Positions 51,766 to 64,000 of a DNA stretch of 64,000 nucleotides are shown here, in pieces. A program made the translations under genes and the position numbers. The stretch comes from Octopus vulgaris. Its lineage: Eukaryota. The stretch covers positions 108,190,001 through 108,254,000 of the forward strand of contig OX597815.1 in the NCBI GenBank assembly GCA_951406725.2. The letters are read 5' to 3'. The notes beneath the pieces were generated by a model, which was not told the DNA's origin, searched no databases, and saw only the letters and a program-made list of their open reading frames with translations. Positions within the stretch are counted from its first letter, which is position 1, and each line of letters starts with the position of its first letter.

Positions 51766-53324
51766 ATTTCCATCTGTAGCAAGAGATAAAAAATTAGATT
51801 GATAACTTTAGATATTTGACAAACAACATGACTATTAATGAATTTACATATTTCAAGTTTCTTGGTTCTCTCCAAGATCCTTAAAACTCATGACATGCCT
51901 CATCGGAAGTTGTTTAGAAAAAAGAAATTGAAATTTTTAAAATTTAAAGCTAGATATAATTGATTATCTAAAACTCACAACAAATAAATTAATACTACCC
52001 AGCCATTTCTTTGTGGAATTTTTACATGGCCTTGATTACTAGCATTCTTTTACAACAATCAAATGAAGGAAAAAAGCACCAGGTATGCAAAAGCCAAACA
52101 GTGTCCCTGGGTGGATCAAATTGTATGCATCTCTAGTTATACTTGTGAATATAGGATAATCAGTGACAAAGAACAAACAATTATTTCAATTCAACTAGTA
52201 TAGATCCAATTTCCTTCTCAGATAAAATCTCCAAGCTGCCGTGAAGTTTTTGTAAATTTTCCTCTTGACTTTTTTCTGCTTAATCTGTACAATTCTTTCA
52301 CTGTTTTAAAATAACCAAGTTATGGAAAAATATCAAATGGCATAATTTGATTATTTTTTTTACTGTTTCTTATTATATTATTTTTTTATTGAAAAATATA
52401 AAAAAATAAAGACTTGTTTGGAAGAATTATTTTTTCAGCCACTAATGATGTTGCCTTGTTCCCTTGTATTGGAAAGTTATCTGCAAAGAAAAAATGAAAG
52501 AAAGAAAAAAAAAATGTCAAAACAGGGGTACTGTTACATTAGATAACACAATATGAGATAATTGACACACTTGGAAGGATTAGAAGAAAAATGATGGGAG
52601 CGAGCCATGTTAAGGGGATTGGATGAAAGCTGTACAATAGGTGTACTTAACTGGGAGAGATACAAAGTATTAGATGTTCAATACATTGAGATGGGAAGGG
52701 TTTTAACTTGTGAGGAAGTGTATAGCAATCAATCAAGATATCATTATGGAGAAAAGCACTTCTGTAACAAGGAAAAAAAAACGACCTTTCTAGTACAAGA
52801 GGATGCTGAAAAGAAATGCATATGATATAGAAAATTTGCTTCCAATGGAAGTGAAAGAAAAACCAGCTGAATAGATATGATAGAAGATATTAACAAATAT
52901 AAAGGAAATTTTCAGAACATTGAGACCAATAGTGAAATGCTTTATGCTCATACCAGGGAAGTCTTTCATTAATATCTGTAATAGAATGGGGAAAAATTTA
53001 TTATAGAAATAATCTGGTTTTAATTAGCTAATAAGCTTAAATGAAGGAAGCTCTCTGCTACATCATAGTGTTTCCACAATGTTATGCTGAAATGTTGGTG
53101 CTTAGCATAAAGGTGTGTATGTAAACTTTATTCTTCCTATCTTCAGCTTTTTCCAGTGTATATATTCACAGTTTCTGTGTACCACATTTTATTCATGTGG
53201 TATTGGTGCCATGCAATAGTATGACACCTGAAAATATATTGTCCTGAAGGAAACATGTTAGGCCCCATGACCATGCAAGTGCCTATATGTTCATGTTTGT
53301 GAATTCATGCTCTTTTCATGTATA

Positions 53325-53842
53325 TGAGGTCTAGTCAAAAAGTATCAGAACTGTTGCTATGGTAATGGAGCTAAAGTATGCATATTGAAGCCATTTGGCA
53401 CTAATTGACCTTAAACACTAGTGCACATGTACACTGAGTTATAATGTTCTCACTAACTTCCATCGTCTATAGCAATGCTTGGAATTACAATGTGTAGAGT
53501 GTGATCATTTCATTACACCACAGAAGTTCCATCAGTAGCAATGGCAGAGAAAACGTGTGTGTGTGTGGAAAGTGACAACCTTAAAGTTATTATGGCTAAG
53601 AATCTTTTTCAAAAATCAAATCCCACTTGAACGGAACAAGATTTCAAAACACTGAAATAGCTGTTTGCTATTCTTAAAAAAGGAATTCTAGGAATGCATT
53701 CATCAATGGAAATGATGCTGGATAATGGAAACGATGCTGGCTTCAGAAGGGAACTGCTTCAAAGAAGATTAAGTGCCAAATTGGTATGTGTTGTAGTTTT
53801 ATTTTTATAACACCAGTCCTGATACTTTTTGACTGGACCTCA
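53325..53842 (+). mobile_element. Mariner-derived MITE (518 bp)
   Basis: TA|tgaggtctagtcaaaaagtatcagaact ... agtcctgatactttttgactggacctca|TA; residual C-terminal-like ECIHQWK...EGNCFKED*. Confidence 0.85.
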
Positions 53843-54890
53843 TATAATGGCCTCTGCTCTCAATAGAAAATATACATACACTGTGTTTTCATGTTGATTT
53901 TAGTGCAGATGATTATTTACTTATTCAGTGTATGTGTCGTTGTCTCAGTAAATATGTATTATGATTACTTCAGATTTTCTCCATAGAATAGTCAATTAAT
54001 CATTTGCCTATTAGTTTCATGTGAAATATTTCATTGCATTCTAAAGAGTATTTGACTAGCCAAAAGTATTAATTATATTCTTGTAGTTCTTTGTCTAGCT
54101 TTTTTGTTTCATATAGAATACTTTTATTATAAGTGTTATGTCTGTAAATTAGTAGTGTGAGAAATAACCTCAGTGGATGTTAGCAATTACATAAACTAAA
54201 GGTACTTATCTGAATGTGCAATTAATTAGACAAAGTACATTGACAAACTAATATGTTCCTCCAGCTCACTTCACCTGTGATTTAAGTCACTTTTAGCTGA
54301 AATATCAGGGTTAGAAGATGTTTTACAGTAAAAGTTAAGTCTCTTGTTCTTACTTATATTTAATTGATTCTTATAAATGCTACAATTGCTAATAATAGTT
54401 TTCATTAATTTTAATGTTAAAGCATTATAAAAAGAACTAATGTTAAGTTGAGAATCCTTGATGCTTATTAAATATTATTATATAATATCATTATGACTAC
54501 TGTAATATTATTTCAGAATTTACTAAATATATTTTTCTTTAATTCTTCAGCCTGTTAATCTGATGTATTTGGTAGGGAGACAGATTGGTAAAGTAGATAA
54601 AGTGGAATGTATTTGACTATAATCTTCTATGTGCAACTTTATCTTTCATCTTCTTGGGGGGTCAATATAATAAGTACCAGTTAATTACTAGGGTAAGCTT
54701 CCCCTTCTCACAAAAGTTTATTGCATTTGCCTATGTTAGAATCTCTATTTTAATGCTGTATTATTTAATGTTATTCACCTTCAATCTTTAATTTGCAAAA
54801 TAATATTATATAGTATCACTGGTATATCATAGACATATGTTATACTCTACTTGGAATCATTCATATCTCACTTTAAATATTTTCCTTGAG

Positions 54891-55261
54891 TAATGTCTAG
54901 ATGAAGAGCATATCTCATTGTCATTGTAAATTCTGATTACATGATTTTTGACACATTATTCCATTCACTTACCCATACAGCCACTACATGTTTAAAACAA
55001 TGCATAAGCTTCAATCCACTTCTGTTGCTTCAAGGTATGTAGTCTACAACTTTTCTGTTCTGTCAAGCATCCATTATGAATAACTTTGACAATTATTCTT
55101 CCATTTGGCCTCTGGTGTGTCTCCTTAATCACTTTGTTATTTTAATTTGACATTTCAGACGCAAATCACGTAAGCCTCAGTCAAAGATCACATCATAGAA
55201 GTTAGGCCTCAGAGATGAAGTGGTGAAGAATATGAAATGGTAATGGGCAGGATAGTTTTGA
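54891..55261 (+). repeat. ~370-bp segmental duplicate, copy 1 (copy 2 at 56230-56603)
   Basis: Long colinear identity, e.g. cagccactacatgtttaaaacaatgcat, ttattcttccatttggcctctggtgtgtctccttaatcactt, catagaagttaggcctcagagatgaagtggtgaagaat. Confidence 0.92.
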
Positions 55262-55759
55262 TTGGTGTAGGCATACCTGTATGGTTCAGGTATAGTTTCA
55301 TGAATAATTACTATTTCTATATATTTTTAATATTTGAAACATGTTTTCATTTTTGATAACATTTTTTGTAACTAAGGCTTGAACTGCAAGGAAAGTTCAT
55401 AACCTTGTCTGACTCAGTCTTTTTTTATTTCACGGATGAAAACTATTTAACTGTAAAATCTATTTCCCAAACAATATGCAAAATACTTAAATTTGTTATA
55501 TGCAACAACAAACAGATATTCAAGTTTATGAAATTCTTTCCCTTTCATGGAAGAGTGAGTCTAGAATAACATTGCTCAACAATACAGTGTAGGTGGTCTT
55601 TATTTTCCGGTTTAATAGACTACAAATGTTTTACATTGTCTAAGGTTATAAGATGCCATGCATAAAGATTAAGATCATTAAATTCTGTTATTTGATCTGT
55701 ATAGTAATATATAATGCATTAATTAATTGATTATTATTTTATTTCAATTATTTTACACC

Positions 55760-55973
55760 ATAAAATAGGGTCTTGTGGAATCGTTACCATGCCCAGAAAA
55801 ATGCTTAGTAGCATTTTGTATGTCTTTATGTTTCGAGTTCAAATTCTGTTGAAGTTGACTTTGCCTTTCTTCCTTTCAGGGTTGATAAAATAAATAACAG
55901 TTGAGCACTTGGGTCGATGTTATCGACTTAACCCCTCCTCCAGACTTGCTGGCCTTGTGCCCAAGTTTTAAAC
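55760..55973 (+). mobile_element. SINE family A
   Basis: Family match; 15-bp TSD caattattttacacc. Confidence 0.85.
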
Positions 55974-56229
55974 CAATTATTTTACACCTTGCTTCTTTTG
56001 ATAAAAATGTTGCAAAAAGTATTATGATTCAGAGCAATACTTAGAAGCATCACAAGTATTAAGATGCAGATTAACAGCATGGATTGATGAAACGTTATAC
56101 CTTAGACCCAAGGTTCTTGGAACAAAGATTATTCACCTAAATGCTATTTCCCACACTAACTGGAAATCACTTACTTGTGAAATGAAGTTTGTGCATATTT
56201 TGAACAGGATTGATAAATAGAAGGAAATT

Positions 56230-56603
56230 AATGTCTTGATGAAGAGCATACCCTATTGTCACTAAAAAATTTTATTACATGACCTATGACACATTAATCC
56301 AGTCACCTATCCATGCAGCCACTACATGTTTAAAACAATGCATGAACATCAATCCACTTCTGTTGCTTCAAGGAATGTAGTCTACAACCTTTCTGCTCTG
56401 TCAAGCATCTATTATGAATAACTTTGAAAATTATTCTTCCATTTGGCCTCTGGTGTGTCTCCTTAATCACTTGGTTGTTTTAATTTGACATTTCAGACAC
56501 AAATCACGTAGGCCTCAGTCTATTGATAAGATCATTCATAGAAGTTAGGCCTCAGAGATGAAGTGGTGAAGAATGTACAATGGTAATGGGCAGGATAGTT
56601 TTG
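56230..56603 (+). repeat. ~370-bp segmental duplicate, copy 2
   Basis: See 54891-55261. Confidence 0.92.
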
Positions 56604-57179
56604 AAAATCAATTCAAAAAGTAAGAATGCAAAAGCATCAACTAAACCGACCAGAAACGACAATTCTTTTTCAATTGATGATGATAATTATGATAAAATTT
56701 GAGATGATGTTGATCATGATCAAAACAATATTGCCTGTTTATCATGTTATTTTATAATCATATTTTGTAAAGCTACTGCTGCTATAGTTACTCATCATCA
56801 TCATCATCATCATCATTATCATGTTGTTGTTGGTGGTGGTGGTGATGGTGGAGGTGGTGTCATCATCATTGTTGTCGTCATTGTTGTTGCTGTTGTAGCA
56901 TGGCAAACTTGTTCAAAACTGTCTTGGCAGCTGTCTGTTAACAGATGACAGCAGACCAGGGACATTCCAAATTCTACAAGCTAGGGACTGATGATGCTGC
57001 TGAAAGCCCATAATCTGCTCAACACAGTGTTAAACATTTTGGCAAAGGAGCTCACCAGGAAGTTGATGCACAAACTTGTGCAAAACCAAGTATAACTATC
57101 AATAACAACCTCCACCTCATCTAATATTTTGTAAATTTGGTTAGTATTAGATCTGGTTTCAGTAAGGCTATGTTCAATC

Positions 57180-57470
57180 TAGATCAGTTTAAAGTGCAAG
57201 ACAAGGTTGACTGCTATCTGATAGCTGTCCGAAGAACAGTAGGTTTTTGTTCTGTCTGCAGAGGCTTGATCACTACACTTTTAGGTATATGTTTGGCAGC
57301 TAAAATAATGGCCATCTATTCGAAGTGCTTTGCATCATCTGTTCACCAAAAATGCTCCCTATCTCCTCTTCTGTTTTTCTTTGTACTGGATTCTTTGAGC
57401 AGAATACATCTCTCAGAGAGCTGGGAATGAATGACACCTCATCAAGAGGAATGTCAAATGGACGTATCTG
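57180..57470 (+). mobile_element. Degenerate LINE RT fragment
   Basis: SSVHQKCSLSPLLFFFVLDSLSR resembles the RT motif GV.QG..LSP.LF..V.D.L. Confidence 0.5.
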
Positions 57471-57479
57471 TGCTTACAT

Positions 57480-57598
57480 ATTTTTCTAAGCCTGGTACTT
57501 ACTTTATCTGTTCCTTTTGTTGAACTGCTAGGTGATGGAGAGATAAACAAACCAATATTGTTTGTCAAGTGTTGGTGAGGGACAAACACAAGTGCACA

Positions 57599-57637
<39 letters not shown>

Positions 57638-58020
57638 CACAACACACACACACACAAAACACAACACACACACACAAAACACAACACACACACACACACA
57701 CACAAAACACAACACACACACACACACAATTGGCTTCTTTCAGTTTCCATCTGCCAAATCCATTCACGAGGCTTTGATCAGCCTGAGGTTATAGTAGAAG
57801 TCACTTGCCCAAGTGTCACATGTGGTTGGGAAGCACTAATGTGTGCTGCCCAGGGCAAGCCTTCTGTTTGCCACCCCCAGACCCCACAAAAAACACATAT
57901 TGCCTACAGCAGACCCAAAAGTGGTGCCCCTTCAAAAGTGCTGCCCAGGGCAGACCGACCCTGCTGGCTCCTCCTTGTTATGCTAGTGTTGGGAAGCAAA
58001 CTTCTTAACACAGAGCCATA
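57480..58020 (-). mobile_element. SINE family B with nested hAT MITE
   Basis: Reverse complement of the head, cttgggcaagtg, gatggaaactgaaagaagcc and the 3' module. Confidence 0.8.
57834..57988. mobile_element. Small hAT-type MITE (155 bp)
   Basis: Perfect 8-bp TSD ttgggaag (57826-57833 and 57989-57996); short TIR cacta/tagtg; internal gtgctgcccagggca occurs twice. Confidence 0.7.
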
Positions 58021-58939
58021 TACATATGTACTACGTGTATATTATATGTGTGTGTGTAACTTTTGCTGATGTGTATTAGCATTGGACATGCAAACATTAA
58101 CAAAAGCAAAAAACCAGAGCTTTTACAAATGAAGTACTTGAGGTATGTATTCTGCATTGAGTTAGAGGTGCTCCCTTATCACTGTTGCTGTCACAAATAC
58201 TGTAAACCAGTGATTGTCTCACTGTAACATAAAATGAATAAATCCCATAGCTTCGAGTTCACTAATACCATTCAAATGTAGAAAACATGTGCAGAAGTCT
58301 GCCAACTATGAATATAATATATATGCATGTGTGTGTTTATGGGTGTGCATGTGCATGAATGTGCATATGTGTATATGTATGTGTGTGTGTTTGTGTGTTT
58401 GTGTGTGTGCATGTGTGTGCATGTGTGTATGTTTTTTTTCTGATGTATATCAGCAAAGGAGACATATTCCTGAAAGAAAAATCAGCGAAGCTTCAAAATA
58501 TGAAACATTACTGGCAAGTGAACAATTAAAACTCGTCCATAATAATGAGGGTAGTAGGATAAAATGAAAGGCCAGTTCCAGCACGATAAAGCAAAAGTCA
58601 TTTACAACAAAGAATTCCTATCAAATAATCAAATTGAAGAACCAAACCATGACAGAAGCCATTAATAATGTAGCAGTTTTTCATATGGTCATATTTATAA
58701 ACAAGAGATTGAATACTAAACTGGCAATGATACACCAACATGGTCATTTAGCTTTCCAGAAATAGCAGCTAAATCATCCTCAAACCACTTCTTGATAGGG
58801 ATAGTATTTGAGGATGGACAAAAATAGAGAAGCACAGGATCAGGTAATTCTAACCTAGATCAAGATGCTGCTAAAAAGAGGAGGATATTTAAGTCTAAAA
58901 TGAATTTGATCAGAAATTTTCCAGTCAAGTTTGATCTAG

Positions 58940-58972
58940 AAGAAGAAGAAGAAGAAGAAGAAGAAGAAGAAG

Positions 58973-59002
<30 letters not shown>
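58940..59002. repeat. (GAA)n microsatellite
   Basis: About 21 uninterrupted units. Confidence 0.95.
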
Positions 59003-59003
<1 letters not shown>

Positions 59004-59139
59004 CGAATTTTTTGTGCCTTATAATTTTTATATAGCCTTATAAAATAGAAAATTTGTGCTAATGATCATAACCTTATACCCATTCAACTGTTTAAGTGAA
59101 CTAGTATCACAAAAATTAACAATTGTGAATAACAGGTTC

Positions 59140-59655
59140 CTTCCACTGTTAGGGTGTGACACTAGAAGGAACTTGTGGAAAAGGTAGACCCAGGAAGACA
59201 TGGGATGAGGTCCTGAAGCATGACCTTTGAATGTTGGGCTTCATAGAGGCAATGACAAACGACTGAGACCTTTGGAGATATGCTGTAATTGAGAAGACCT
59301 GGGAAGTAAAGTGAGATCGTAGCTGTGGCCGATACCAGAGTTACATAACCAGTCCATTTAAAAGTAGCCTTGAATTGCCTGGTGACATGCTGTGCCTGAG
59401 AAAACCTGTTGAGTCAAGTGAAATTGTAGTGGTGGCTGATGCCAGTGCTGCCTGACTAGCTCCCATGCCGGCAGCACATAAAAAGCACCCACAACACTCT
59501 CGAAGTGGTTGGTGTTAGAAAGGGCATCTAGCTGTAGAAAACTTGCCAGATCAGATTGGAGCCTAGTGCAGCCTTCTGACTTGCCAATTCTCAATCAAAC
59601 TGTCCAACCCATGACAGCATGAAAAACGGACGTTAAACAATAATGATGATAATAA
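59140..59655 (+). mobile_element. RTE LINE extreme 3' end (ORF end, UTR and tail)
   Basis: GRPRKTWDEVLKHDL*MLG..EAMTND*DLWRYAVIEKT followed by the canonical tail. Confidence 0.88.
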
Positions 59656-60380
59656 TGAAAGTGAGGCACCTGAAGAAATGCCTGCTTTAATTATACAAAC
59701 AGTTATGTTCAAATTTCATTAACATACCACCCAATGAGGTCTGATTACTTGTTTTCTATATGTTTTCAAGGAATTCTATAAATTGTTTTATTATTTTTTT
59801 TTTTATTCAGTTCCTATATTTTATATATTTCCAAAAAGCCAACTGTGTGGAACACTGATAAATGCTTTCTGTTGAGAGATGTTGTTTCTTTTTTGGCATT
59901 TCCATTACCCTTGAATTTATCATTAGATGGTCTTATCATGAATAGGAGCCAGCACTATGGCCTTTCTGCTTATCTGTTAGCATTTTGTCACTGTCTAGGT
60001 GTGTAAATGAGCACCTTACTAAGATTGAGCTTTTTAAAAATGTCAGAAGTTATTTTAGTAAAAGAAATTTTTTTACTCATTTGGGTATCATTGCCAAAAG
60101 AAAGTGTATTCTCTTGTAAGTAACCAATGCTTGAAGTTCTTGTGTTAATGTATTATAGATTAATTCATCCACATATATATGCACCTATTATATGCTTATA
60201 TATTAATATAAATATATTGTTGACTTCGTCTTTTACCTATCTAAGGTTGATAAAACAAATATCATACTATTTTACAACAGTACTTATTAATGGGTCTAAT
60301 TTAAAAGACCAATGAAGTTGGTGAAACAAAATAGTTACTGTCCAATCACTGAATGTAGTCAAATAATAATTGAATATGTA

Positions 60381-61624
60381 TGGGGGTTGGACAAAATAAT
60401 GGAAACACCTAGTATCATAGCATCATATTGAAATATCTATAAAACTATCAAAAGCTTGTTTATTTTTATGTTTTTGATTTATTATTAGTGTTGCTTAATA
60501 TGTTTTGCTAAAATTGCTGTTTCTTTTCAGATATTATCAGAAAAAGGTAATTAAAATTCATTAAAGTAACAGATCTATCGGACTTTCAAAAAGGTCAAGT
60601 TGTTTCTGCTCGTATGGCAGGTGCTAGCACAATGAAAACAGCTGAAATGTTTGGTGTATCAAGAAGTACTGTTTTGAAAGTAATGACAGCCTTTGAGAAA
60701 GATGGAAAAACCTCATCATCAAAACAAAATTCAAAAAGATAAACCAAAACTTTCAGATAGGGACCGTTGGACTCTTACACAAATTGTTAGAAAGGATCAC
60801 AAAAGTACAGCACCCAAAATTCCTGCAGAGCTTAATGACCACCTTGAGAACCTAGTTTCCACAGAAACTGTTTGCTGGGAGCCTGCACAAAGCCAGTTTT
60901 CATGGGAGGGCTGCAAACAGTAAACCACTATTTTCCAAAACAAACATCGCAAAGCATTTTGAGTGGAGTAAAAACTTACAGAATTGGTCCCTAGAGCAGT
61001 GGAAGAATGTTATTTTCTCAGATGAGTCATCCTTTACTTTATTTCCAACCACCAGCTGAGTATACGTGTGGAGACAGCCAAGAGAAGCATTTGACCTAGA
61101 TTGCACTCCTCCAACTGTTAAACGTAGAGGAGGATCTCTGATGATCTGGGGGCTATATCTTGGAAATCTGCCAGCCCAATGGTTTCCCTTTGTGGCAGAA
61201 TTAATAGTCAAGACCATCGTATGGTTGCAGAACTGTTTCCGGGGGAAAACACAATCTTTCAGGATGATAATGCACCAATTCACACAGCTAAAGTTGTTAC
61301 TGAATGACACAAAGAACATTCTAGGGAAGTTGAACATCTTATCTGGCCACCACATTCCCCAGATTCCAATATTATTGAACATTTATGGTGCATTTAAAAA
61401 TAAACAAGTAAGGAGTTGATATCCTCCTCCATCATCACTAGAAGAGCTGGAGACTGTTTTAGCAGAAGAATGGGCACAAATTCCTTTAGAAACAATTTAA
61501 ACTCTGTATGAGTCCATACCTCATAGAATTCAAGCTGTAATTACTGCCAAAGGTGGTCCTACTCCATATTAAAATAAATTTGCTTGAAATTTTAAGGTGT
61601 TTCCATTATTTTGTTCAACCCCTG
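60381..61624 (+). mobile_element. Full-length decayed Tc1-family DNA transposon (1244 bp)
   Basis: TA|tgggggttggacaaaataatggaaacacct ... aggtgtttccattattttgttcaacccctg|TA. Confidence 0.93.
60568..61572 (+). pseudogene. Tc1 transposase pseudogene
   Basis: DLSDFQKGQVV..RMAGAS...AEMFGVSRSTV; WKNVIFSDESSF; PTVKRRGGSLMIWG; FQDDNAPIHTAK; WPPHSP; ends KGGPTPY*. Multiple frameshifts and stops. Confidence 0.9.
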
Positions 61625-61851
61625 TATATATTTAGTACATCTTATATTTTCTTGTTTCATTTGTCTAGATAATAATTTTTACTAATGAAATTTCTAAGAG
61701 CTATTAACATAATTCAACAGAACCAGTTGAGAACTTTTCATTCTTCAGGAGTTAATAAAATAAACACCTGTCAAACACTGGTGTGAATTAAATCAATTGT
61801 ATTTGATCCCACAGTTTGTAGCTGCTTCCTAATTTAGAAATAATTCACAAA

Positions 61852-62057
61852 AGGCGTAGGTGTGGCTGAGTGGTAAGAAGTTTGCTTCCCAACCACACGG
61901 TTCTGGATTCAGTCCCACTCCATGGCATGTTGGAGAAGTGTCTTCTACTATAGCCCTAGACTGCCCAAAGTCTTTCGGCTGGGGTTGATTTGTTTGAGTA
62001 AACCCTTCAAGGTAGTGCCCCAGCATGGCAGCAGCCTAATGAGTAAAAGATAAAAGT
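61852..62057 (+). mobile_element. SINE B, internally deleted (head joined to end of 3' module)
   Basis: The head through tatagccc is followed after a few bases by ctggggttgatttgtttgag..cccttcaaggtagtgccccagcatgg. Confidence 0.8.
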
Positions 62058-62649
62058 GCCATAATAGGAACTCATTTGAAAAGTGTGCAGAGTCACAAAA
62101 TTGTTCTCGGTGCAATTTTTCAGTGACAAAATTTTGCTTATTTGCAGTTATTTCAAAACATGTTATGGTGTGTAGGATGAACCTGGCTATCATCTACGTC
62201 CATCATAAGGATTAATCTACAACTGTTTTTTTTCCAGGAAGGGCAGGGAACTTTCTTCTGCCTGGTGTTGATGGCAAAAGAGGTTGTATGGTGAACAAAA
62301 TAGAAATACTAATGACAAACTCTTTCCTTCTCAAAGTGAGGTGTTTCTTTCCTGTAAATTTGCTGAAAGGTACGTGAGAGTGGCTATTATGACCTATGTA
62401 AATAAATCTCTTTTCAGCATGTGGCCACAGGCTAGAGAATTCATCTGGGAAAGACTACATTTTGTGACAAATAAAGAAATAATGATTATTCATATTAAAT
62501 AGTATTTTATTATTATTAATATTATTCATGATACAGTATGCATTATTTCTATAGTAGTGATAGTATATAGCTTTAAATCAGTGTTGTTTTTCAAACTTCT
62601 ATTTTATTCATTTATTTATTTATCTATTTATTTTTATCATTATTATTAT

Positions 62650-63180
62650 TGAATGAGAGAGTAGCACATGCCATCAATATGACATTGGGGTGCAAATATA
62701 CGAAGCCCAATGTACTCATCATAACTACCTGTCTGATAAGGGTACACCAGGCTCATGCATCACAATCACATGTGTGCAACATGGTGATCTCATATCAAAA
62801 TAGTGCATGACCTTGCAGATGGAGGTCAATTAGAATTTACTTCAGGTCGAGTAGCCCATCCTGCTCAAAAGGTCCCTGAATAAGAATTGTTTAAGGATGA
62901 TGAATGAAACACTCATGTTTCCAAGGGTGAATTATCTTAACTCCAAAGAATTCCACTCAACACATAGCTATGATGTTCCCTCACTACTCCTGCTCATGAT
63001 TAGAAATGCATATATTGTCAGCCAGTAAGGGGCATGCTCAACTGGATGAGGTCAAGCAAATCTGTGGTATTTTCTGTAGCCCATCTTTCACACCAAGACA
63101 AAATATGTACATGATAGCACTTCCAATCAGTTAAGATCAGGAGCCATGAGAGCCACTGCCTGGTACTGCATCATAGCACT
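62650..63180. mobile_element. Putative non-coding element inserted in TAA-type repeats
   Basis: ~530-bp block, GC-richer than its flanks, bounded on both sides by (tta)n. No ORF. Confidence 0.4.
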
Positions 63181-63214
63181 TATTGTTATTACTATTATTA
63201 TTAGTTTTATTATT

Positions 63215-63428
63215 AGGCAGCAAGCTGGAAGTATCGTTAGCACACTAGACAAAATGCTTAGTGGTATTTTGCCTGTTGCTATGTTCTGAGTTCAAATTTT
63301 GCCAAGGTTGACTGTGCCTTTTATTCTTTCAGGGTTGATAAAATAAGTACCAGTTGACCACTGAGGTCAAAGTAATTGACTCATTCTCTCCTCCAAAATT
63401 ACTGCCGTTGTGGCAAAATTTGAAACCA
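63215..63428 (+). mobile_element. SINE family A
   Basis: aggcagcaagctgg...gttctgagttcaaattt...gataaaataagtaccagtt, with a (tta)n tail. Confidence 0.85.
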
Positions 63429-63454
63429 TTATTATTATTATTATTATTATTATT

Positions 63455-63580
63455 AGGCAGCAAGCTGGCAGATTTGTTAGCATGCCAGCTGAAATATTTA
63501 GCTGTATTTTGGGATACATATATATCCAACCCATGCTAGCATGGAAAACGGACGTTAAACGATGATGATGATGATGATGA
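63455..63580 (+). mobile_element. SINE A head fragment adjacent to an RTE tail
   Basis: aggcagcaagctggcagatttgttagcatgcc...gtattttg, then tccaacccatgctagcatggaaaacggacgttaaac(gat)n. Confidence 0.75.
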
Positions 63581-63597
63581 TATATATATTTATATAC

Positions 63598-63630
<33 letters not shown>

Positions 63631-63639
63631 TGTATGTAT

Positions 63640-64000
63640 GTATAAAGGAGGCGATGGGGTGAATAAAAGAAATTGATTGTTAAATAAAATAATTAAAAGG
63701 GGAGATGTTTGTATAGTGAAGCTATATACCCCTCCCGGTAAAAAGTGGTAGGAACCAGCCATTATAAATAGAACAGTAGTTGATCATCAAGGGAGGGTCG
63801 AGAGTCAAAGAGTAGAGTGTTGACAGTCAGTGTCTTGTGGAGCTATCAGCAATAGTAAGACAGAAGTTAGTGTATTGCTATTGCAGTACGAAGAGATACA
63901 ATGGTGTCTGATGGTTATAGTAACTATTGTAGATACTTGCATAAAACAGCAACCTCAGTACAACAGCAGTCACACATCACACCAGTGGGAGGAATCCACT
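63640..64000 (+). mobile_element. Possible LTR start (runs off window)
   Basis: Abrupt change from (TATG)n to complex sequence starting TGT, with TATAAATA near 63763. No second LTR or PBS is visible. Confidence 0.25.

Noticed and set aside
57590-57730. Regularly spaced caaaacacaa units resembling a CRISPR-like array
   Set aside because: The spacers are (CA)n, so this is a compound microsatellite inside a SINE in eukaryotic DNA.

Overview
AT-rich, repeat-saturated animal genomic DNA with no recognisable host exon. From the SINE/RTE repertoire and microsatellite load it is most likely octopus/cephalopod intron or intergenic sequence (inference). Most of the supplied ORFs are microsatellite read-throughs. 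The real coding remnants are all transposon-derived: RTE LINE fragments, two stacked Dong/R4-type elements in a (TAA)n array, CR1-like fragments, a full-length but decayed Tc1 element, a mariner fragment and a mariner MITE, a Tigger/pogo deletion derivative, three hAT MITEs with 8-bp TSDs and Helitron-like elements. There are also dozens of copies of two tRNA-like SINE families and of a shared RTE 3' tail. The most unusual structures are local 'patchwork' insertions copied from unique sequence 1.5-8 kb away and joined by microhomology (13633-13852 and 2251-2500), plus a ~370-bp duplication and several closely spaced inverted SINE pairs. I found no intact, self-contained novel gene system. Family names are assigned by motif recognition, not by database search.
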